From positions 293,793 through 357,792 of the forward strand of contig CAVSNF010000024.1 of assembly GCA_963729195.1 (NCBI GenBank): a stretch of DNA of 64,000 nt, given 5' to 3'. Numbering within the stretch: position 1 is the first letter of the stretch; every line of letters starts with the position of its first letter. Below the pieces are notes generated by a model. It made no database searches. It was not told the DNA's origin and saw only the letters and a list, made by a program, of their open reading frames with translations. The position numbers were made by a program, and so were the translations under genes. The stretch is from an uncultured Actinomycetes bacterium. GTDB lineage: Bacteria > Actinomycetota > Thermoleophilia > Gaiellales > JAICJC01. Of the stretch, positions 57,954 through 64,000 are shown in pieces.

Positions 57954-58878
57954 GTGCGTGTGACGACGGTTCCGCTCACCGACCTGCGCACCGCCATGAC
58001 CGAGCGGGCGCTGGCTCTCGGCTTTTCGCCCGCCGACGCCGACCTGCTGGTCGACCACTTCGTGGACGCCGAGATGCGCGGCGCCACCGGCCACGGGGTG
58101 GAGCGGCTGCGGTGGCTGGCAGGGCGGCCGGGGCTCGACCCGACTCCCCGGCTCACCCTCGTATCGCGGGATGAGGGCCTGGCCCGCTATGACGCCGCGC
58201 GGATCGGTGGGATACACGGCGCTGGCCGCCGCCATCGACGCCGAGCTGGACCACCCTCCGGCGGGGGCGCGAGTGGTCGTGGTCGGCGACTGCTTCCCCA
58301 CCGGCCGGCTCGGGTACTTCGCAGCCCGCGCGGCCCGCCGGGAGCTTGTGTGCCTGCTGACCGCGACCTCCACCGCGCGCATCTCCCACCCCTCCGGCGG
58401 TGGGCCGCTTGTGGGCACCAACCCGCTCTGCCTCGCACTCCCCGGCGATCCCGAACCCGACGTGATCGACGTCTCCATGGGCCGCGTCACCTACGGCGCG
58501 GTGCTGAAGGCGATCGCCACCGGAGTGCCGCTGCCGGAAGGCTCGGCGGTGACGCGCGACGGCCACCCCACCACCGACCCCGGCCAGATCGAGGCCGACG
58601 CCGCCGGGGTGATGCCGTTCGGTGACGATCAGGCCTACAAGGGATTTGCGCTGGCGCTGATGGTGGAGACGCTCTGCCGCAGCCTGGCCGGCGAGCACGG
58701 CCACGCCGCCGTGGCGCTGCTGGCAGCCCCGGTGGCCGCCCCGATGGGAACGATTCGGGCAGCAGCCGGTGACAACCGCCTGCCCGGAGACCACTCTGCC
58801 GATCATCACCGCGCCAGCCTGGCACGGGGAGAGCTCGAGCTACCCGACGACCTCTGGCGCTGGCTCCAGGCTGTCTGA
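57954..58878 (+). pseudogene. Ldh_2-family (malate/L-lactate/sulfolactate dehydrogenase type 2) oxidoreductase; one +1 frameshift
   Basis: GTG 57954 ...LVDHFVDAEMRGATGHGVERLRWL...LARYDA. Hop at ~58195 to GSVGYTALAAAIDAEL...GGGPLVGTNPLCLALPG...DVSMGRVTYG...MPFGDDQAYKGFALALMVE. Confidence 0.7.
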
Positions 58879-61800
58879 CATGCGCCGCGACAGCACCCGC
58901 GACTCCCCGTCGCCCGCCATGCTGACGCCGTAGAGCACGTCTGCCACCTCCATCGTGCGCCGCTGATGGGTGATGACGATGAACTGGGCGCGCGACTGGT
59001 AGGCCCGAAGCAGCGACAGGAACCGCTCGATGTTGGCATCGTCCAGCGCCGCCTCGACCTCGTCCAGGACGTAGAACGGCGACGGCTTGGTCAGCATCAG
59101 CGAGAACTGGAATGCGATCGCCGTCAGCGACTTCTCGCCGCCCGAGAGCAGCGACAGCGACTCGATGCGCTTGCCGGCAGGCCGCACCTCGAGCTCAATC
59201 CCCGGCTCGGGCCGCTCCGACGGGAGCTGATCCTCGGAGTCCTCGGCCGGCTCCTCGCCGTCCTCGGCCGAGCGTACCGGCGCCTCGACCACGTCGTCGG
59301 TCAGCCGCAGCCGGCCGCTGCCGCCGGGAAAGAGCGTGCCCACGGTCTCGGAGAAGTGGTGCGCCACCTGCGTGAACGTCTCGTCGAAGCGGGCATCGAT
59401 CGTCTGGGTCAGATCCCGCACCAGGCTGCGCAGCTCCTTGAGCGAGCGATCCAGATCATCACACTGGGTCGAAAGCTCGTCCACGCGCACCTTCTCGGCC
59501 TCATACTCCTCGGCAGCCAGCGGATTGACCGCTCCCAGGCTCTCCCGGCGCCGCTCGAGCCGCTCCAGGCGGGCTGCCAATGCCGCGGATTCGTCCGGCT
59601 GCATCGGCTGCTCGGGCTCGGACAGCTCCAGCTCATGGGCGGCGGCGATCTCTGACCGGCGGCGGCCGAGCTCCGACACCCGCTCGGCCGATCGGCCCAG
59701 CGCAACCTCGATCTCGGTGGCGGCAGCGGTCGCCGCTCGCGATGCGGCCTGCTCGGCGGCCTCCAGCTCGGCACAGGCCTGCAGCTCGGTGGAGAGCTCG
59801 GACGCCCGCCGCTCGATCGACTCCACTCCGGCCCGGGCCGGGGTTCGAAGCTGGTTGGCTGCCTCGGCTGCCAGCGCCAGCTTGGCGGAAATCGCCTCGC
59901 ACTCCGGCGCCAGGTCAGCCGCGATCTCGCCCAACTCGACCGCCCGCAGCGCAGTCGCGGTGGCCTCGGCGGCCGCCGCCTGCAAGCCGTTCGAACTCCG
60001 CCCGTCCACGGGCCACGCGCTCGCTCAGGCCGGCCACCTGGGCGGCGATCACGGCACTCTGCTCGGCCATCTCACGCCGCGCCGCTCGAGTCCCGAATGC
60101 TGCTCCTCGGCCGAGGTCGAGGCGGCTCGACGCTCGGCCTCCAGCGCTTCGTGGGCTTCCAGGTCGGACGTCAGCGCCGCGGCCCGGGCGCGCTCAGTCT
60201 CGAGGTCTCGCTCGGCCAGGTCGCGAGCGGCGTCGCACCGGGCAAGCTCATCGGTCAGCTGCTCACGCCGCAGGCCCAGTGCGCGGGCGGCTTCGCGGGC
60301 GGCAGTATCGGCGCTAACGGCGTCGGCCTGGGCTGCACGGGCAGCACCGGCAGAGGCTGCAGCGGCCGACGCAGCGGCTGCGGCCTGCTCGGCCTGGGTG
60401 GCGGCGGCCTTCATGGCGACCGCGATCTCGTCCATGTCCACCTTGGTGCGGTCGCGCTCGGCCCGCGCGCTCAACCACGCCGCTTCGCCGGCATCGGCTG
60501 CGCGCCAAAACTCTCCGCGGTCGGCATCCACGCCCTCGCCCGACGGTGTGACCGCCACTCCTGAGCGCACCTGGGAGAGGTCGTCCACCAGCCAGACGCC
60601 CGCGATCAGCCGCCCGACGGCCGGATCGGTCACGGTGGCGACCTCCAGCAGCGGCCGCGCACCCGGGGCCGGGGCCTTGCCCGCAGCCGGCAGCTCAGCG
60701 CCGGCCAGGATCACAGCCAGCTCGCCTTCAGCGCCCCTCAGCAGCTCGATGGCCTCCGCCACCTTGTCGGCCACCACGGCGCCGGCACGCCACCCCAGCG
60801 CCGCCGCCACGGCCCGCTCGTAGCCCTGCTCGGCTTCGATCCCGGCAACCACCAGCTTGGCGCCCGCTGCCTGCAGAGAGCGGGCCGCCGGTGGCAGTCC
60901 CTCACCCCGCTCGAGCGCGCGGTCGAGACCGGCCAGCCGCGTCGCCGCCAGCTCACTGCGGTGGGTGAGCTCGTCCAGGGCCGCGCGAGCCGCCCGGTCG
61001 CTCTCGGCGGCAGTCGCCTCGGCCTCGGTGGCTGCGGTGGCCGCGGCCGTCGCAGCCGCGAGCTCCGCGGCCGCCGCCTCGCCTGCCGTGGCTGCCGCCT
61101 CGGCCAGGGCACCGGCGCCCTCGAGATCACGAGCGGTGGTCTCGGCACGGACGGTGAAGATCTCCATCTGCTTGGTGTGCGCCGCCAGCCGCCCGGCCGA
61201 CTGCTCCGCCTCACGGCGGGTGGTGGCCACCTGGCCCTGCGCGTCGGCCAAGGCGCGGCGGGCATCGAGTGCGGCTGTCAGCGCCGCCTCGGCCTGTGCC
61301 GTCAGCGCATGCTCGGCCTCCACGTCACCGACACCCAGCCGCTCGACCTCCAACGCAGCCTGGTCGGCGGCCGCAGATGCCTCGAGCGATTCCGCGGTGA
61401 ACCGAGCGGCGTCGGAGGCCAGCCGCTCGGCGGCGGCCGTTCGCCGCCCCCTGGCCCGATCCAGCGCCGCCGCCCCCTGGGTGATCCGGCCTGCCTGGAG
61501 ACCGAGACGCTCGCGGGCGGTCTCGAACGCGTAGAACGAATGCGCAGCGCGTTCCTGAGCGGCCGCCAGACCGGTCAGCTCGGTCTCGGCCAACGCGCGC
61601 CGGGCAGCCAGCGCCTCCAGCTTCTTCTCAACCGCCGCATGCGTCTGGGCGGCCGCCGCACGACGGCCGTCCAGGCCCGCACTGGAGCGCTGTTCGGTGA
61701 GCATCTCCGAGGAGAGCAGGGTGACCCGGCCGACGGCGATCTCGCCGGCCAGCTTGGCCGCCCGGTCGGCCGCGGTGGCCTGGATCGACAACGGCCGCAG

Positions 61801-62404
61801 CCGGGCTTTGACCTCACGCTCCAGATCGCGGGCGCGCTCCAGCTCGGCGGCCACCCGCACCATCTTGGTCTCGGCCCGCGCCCGGCGTCGCTGGTACTTG
61901 CCCAGCCCGGCCGCCTCCTCCACGAACCGCCTGCCGCTCGTGCGGCTTGGACAGGAGGATCTCCTCGACCTTGCCCTGGCCGATCACCGAGTGCATCTCG
62001 CGGCCGAGGCCGGTGTCGGCCAAGAGCTCCAGCAGGTCGAGCCGTCGCACCCGTGCACGGTTGATGAAGTACTCGCCCTCGCGCTCGCGATGCAGGCGGC
62101 GCATCACCGAAACCTCGTCGAACTCGAGCGGCAGGGTGCCGCAGGAGTTGTCGAGCACCAGCTCGACCTCGCACACCCCGGCGGGCGGGCGGGCATCCGA
62201 CCCGGAGAACAGCACGTCCTGGCCCAGCGGCGCGCGCAGCTGGGCCGGCGCCTGGGTCGCCATCGCCCACTGGAGGGCGTCGGCGATGTTCGACTTGCCG
62301 CTGCCGTTGGGCCCGACGATCACCGCGATCCCCTCGTGGAACTGCAGCTCGACGCTGCCGGGGAACGATTTGAAACCTCGAATTCTGATGCTCTTCAGAT
62401 ACAA
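58840..62404 (-). pseudogene. smc: chromosome segregation protein SMC, frame-disrupted as written (>=3 insertions)
   Basis: ATG 62404 MYLKSIRIRGFKSF...VGPNGSGKSNIADAL (Walker A)...HSVIGQGKVEEILLSKPHER. Hop at ~61920 to FVEEAAGLGKYQRRR, then a long Ala-rich coiled coil and hinge (VVAGIEAEQGYERAVAAALG). Hops at ~60090-60015. C-terminus: LSLLSGGEKSLTAIAF (signature), FYVLDEVEAALDDAN (Walker B). Confidence 0.9.
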
Positions 62405-62407
62405 ATT

Positions 62408-63031
62408 TCAGTCGGCAATCTGGTCGATATTCGCCAGAGCCTCGCGGGCTGCGGCCTGCTCGGAGGCCTTCTTGCTCGACCCCGAGCCCCGACCGAGTTC
62501 GAGTTCTCCCACCAGCGCCACTGTCGTGAACAACCGCTGGTGAGGCGGACCCGAAGTGTCGGTCACGGCATACGTTACAGATGCCCCCCGACGTGCCAGC
62601 TGCTCCTGCAGCACGGTCTTGTGGTCGACGTGCCTCTGCAGCACGTAGTCGACCCGGTCGGCGAAGGCCGCGACCACGGCTTCGGCGGTGCGATCGAAGC
62701 CGCTATCGATGAAGACCGCGCCGATCACCGCCTCGACTGTGGCGGCCACCACGCTCTGTGACCGGATCAGCGCATCGATCTCCTCGGCGCCGACCCGCTC
62801 GCCCTCCGCGGCGAGATCGCGATCGAGGCCGAGCTTGCGCGCCACCACGGCGCAGCTGGTGCGCGACACCACCTGGGCGCGCACCTTGGCGAGATCTCCC
62901 TCCGGGCGATCGGGGAAGCGCTCGTACAGATGCTGGGCGATGGCCAGCCCCAACACGCTATCGCCCAGGAACTCGAGCCGCTCGTACGACGTCTGGCGCC
63001 GCTCCACCCACGACGAGTGGGTGAAGGCCAC
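62408..63031 (-). CDS. rnc: ribonuclease III (5' end probably extends further)
   Basis: ERLEFLGDSVLGLAIAQHLY (signature)...EAVIGAVFIDSG...dsRBD GPPHQRLFTTVALVGELELGRGSGSSKKASEQAAAREAL. The homologous N-terminus (SGAALRALIAALPEEARR) continues upstream of GTG 63031 with no canonical start in frame. Confidence 0.88.
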   Translation of the reverse strand: MAFTHSSWVERRQTSYERLEFLGDSVLGLAIAQHLYERFPDRPEGDLAKVRAQVVSRTSCAVVARKLGLDRDLAAEGERVGAEEIDALIRSQSVVAATVEAVIGAVFIDSGFDRTAEAVVAAFADRVDYVLQRHVDHKTVLQEQLARRGASVTYAVTDTSGPPHQRLFTTVALVGELELGRGSGSSKKASEQAAAREALANIDQIAD

Positions 63032-63089
63032 GCGTCGTGCCTCCTCCGGGAGCGCCGCAATCAGTGCTCTGAGCGCCGCCCCCGAATCG

Positions 63090-63335
63090 TCAGCTGTTGC
63101 TCGTGACGTAGTCGACGGCCTGCCCGACGGTGGCGATCTTCTGTGCGTCCTCGTCGGAGATCTTCAGTCCGAACTGATCCTCCAGCTCCATGATCAGCTC
63201 AACCAGATCCAACGAGTCGGCATCCAGGTCGCCCTGGAATGACGCGTCTTCGGTCACCTGTTCTTCGTCGACGTCGAGCTGCTCAACCAGGATGGCCCTG
63301 ACGCGCTCGAGCGCCTCCTCACGATTCATTGTCAC
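63090..63335 (-). CDS. acpP: acyl carrier protein
   Basis: 81-aa ORF. ...[32 protein letters not shown] carries the DSL phosphopantetheine site. Confidence 0.95.
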   Translation of the reverse strand: MTMNREEALERVRAILVEQLDVDEEQVTEDASFQGDLDADSLDLVELIMELEDQFGLKISDEDAQKIATVGQAVDYVTSNS

Positions 63336-64000
63336 TCTTCTCCAATCTCTGTGGCCGCGACCCGCGGGACTGTATGTGTCCCGGCGGTCGACTGCAACTC
63401 ACTGGTGCTCGCAGGCGCGCTCGCAGTGGCTGCAACGCGAGCGCTGAGCCGCTCCACAACGCCGGCCGAGACGCCCTTGGCGGTGTAGGTAATGGCGTTT
63501 CGAATAGCGGTCGAATTTGAGTTCCCATGCGCGATCGAGACCACTCCGCGAACACCCAGCAGGTAGGCGCCGCCGTAGTTCTCCGGGTCGGTCTTGGTGC
63601 GGATCGCGCGTACGGCGGGACGCAGCAGCAGCCCGCCGATCTTCGCCCGCAGGCTGCTGTCGGCCGCCGCCCGCAGCTGGGTGAACAGCGCCACACCGGC
63701 TCCCTCGAGGCCCTTCAACAGCACATTTCCGGCAAACCCGTCGGCCACCACCACCTGGAACTCGCCCGTCAGCACGTCGCGGCCTTCACAGTTTCCGCCG
63801 AAGTTGAGCTCCGAAGCCGCCAGCAGCGCGTGGGCCTCGAGCGTCACCGCGGTGCCCTTGGACGCCTCCTCACCGATCGACAGCAACCCCACTCTGGGCC
63901 GATCGACACCCAGCACGTCGGAGGCGAACTCGGCACCCATGATGCCGTACTTGGCGAGGTGCTCCGGCTTGGCTTCGGGATTGGCGCCGCAATCGATCAG
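63332..64000 (-). CDS. plsX: phosphate acyltransferase PlsX (3' part; 5' end beyond right edge)
   Basis: ...[46 protein letters not shown]...[28 protein letters not shown]...[18 protein letters not shown]. The frame is open to the window edge. Confidence 0.9.
   Translation of the reverse strand: MIDCGANPEAKPEHLAKYGIMGAEFASDVLGVDRPRVGLLSIGEEASKGTAVTLEAHALLAASELNFGGNCEGRDVLTGEFQVVVADGFAGNVLLKGLEGAGVALFTQLRAAADSSLRAKIGGLLLRPAVRAIRTKTDPENYGGAYLLGVRGVVSIAHGNSNSTAIRNAITYTAKGVSAGVVERLSARVAATASAPASTSELQSTAGTHTVPRVAATEIGEE

Noticed and set aside
56952-58490. 512-aa ORF suggesting an FtsY with a long N-terminal extension
   Set aside because: The 190 codons upstream of ATG 57914 are antisense to a well-supported Ldh_2-family gene and have no FtsY A-domain character. 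FtsY is therefore called from 57914.
59336-60823. 495-aa Ser/Ala/Arg-rich plus-strand ORF
   Set aside because: It is antisense to the Ala-rich SMC coiled coil. Complementary low complexity keeps the frame open.

Overview
Very GC-rich chromosomal segment (about two-thirds to 70 % G+C by eye, not computed). Gene content and order look actinobacterial. All product calls come from motifs I recognise in the translations, since no database search was possible.

Layout:
- (i) 1-7.5 kb, minus strand: serA, a class-V aminotransferase, a secreted protein, gatBAC, csp and folD.
- (ii) 7.6-15.5 kb, plus strand: a Gram-positive-type Tad/Flp pilus locus. It has three tandem 56-aa Flp pilins, then tadE, cpaB, cpaE/tadZ, cpaF/tadA, a vWA-TadB fusion and tadC, followed by yjbQ and tRNA-Cys.
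- (iii) 16-30 kb, mixed accessory and regulatory genes: GAF-GGDEF-GAF protein, cupin, divergent NarL-type kinase/regulator pair, two VOC/glyoxalase genes, ECF sigma plus anti-sigma/beta-propeller, DUF805, tRNA-Gly, small EncFtn-like ferritin-fold gene, aldehyde dehydrogenase, ThrC-like protein lacking the PLP lysine, RlpA-like protein.
- (iv) 30-34 kb: fusA2-like EF-G paralog, WhiG/FliA-type sigma factor and xerC.
- (v) 34-49 kb, accessory block of membrane and secreted proteins: beta-propeller, GT-C-like membrane protein, ClC channel, kinase-less sensor module, ASH-domain protein and small membrane proteins. It also carries tRNA-Trp and a 5-gene polysaccharide mini-cluster.
- (vi) 49-64 kb, conserved minus-strand run: dprA, comM, yraN, rnhB, lepB, rplS, trmD, rimM, KH, rpsP, ffh, ftsY, (Ldh_2 on plus), smc, rnc, acpP, plsX.

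Two window-wide signals:
- About 45-50 reading-frame breaks, almost all behaving as single-base +1 insertions. They hit essential genes such as gatC, folD, smc and xerC, so this is probably a consensus or assembly artefact.
- An AT-rich 31-33-nt palindromic repeat family with three copies. Arm changes are compensatory and stop codons are embedded in the arms.

I saw no CRISPR array, transposase, prophage or recognisable defence system.
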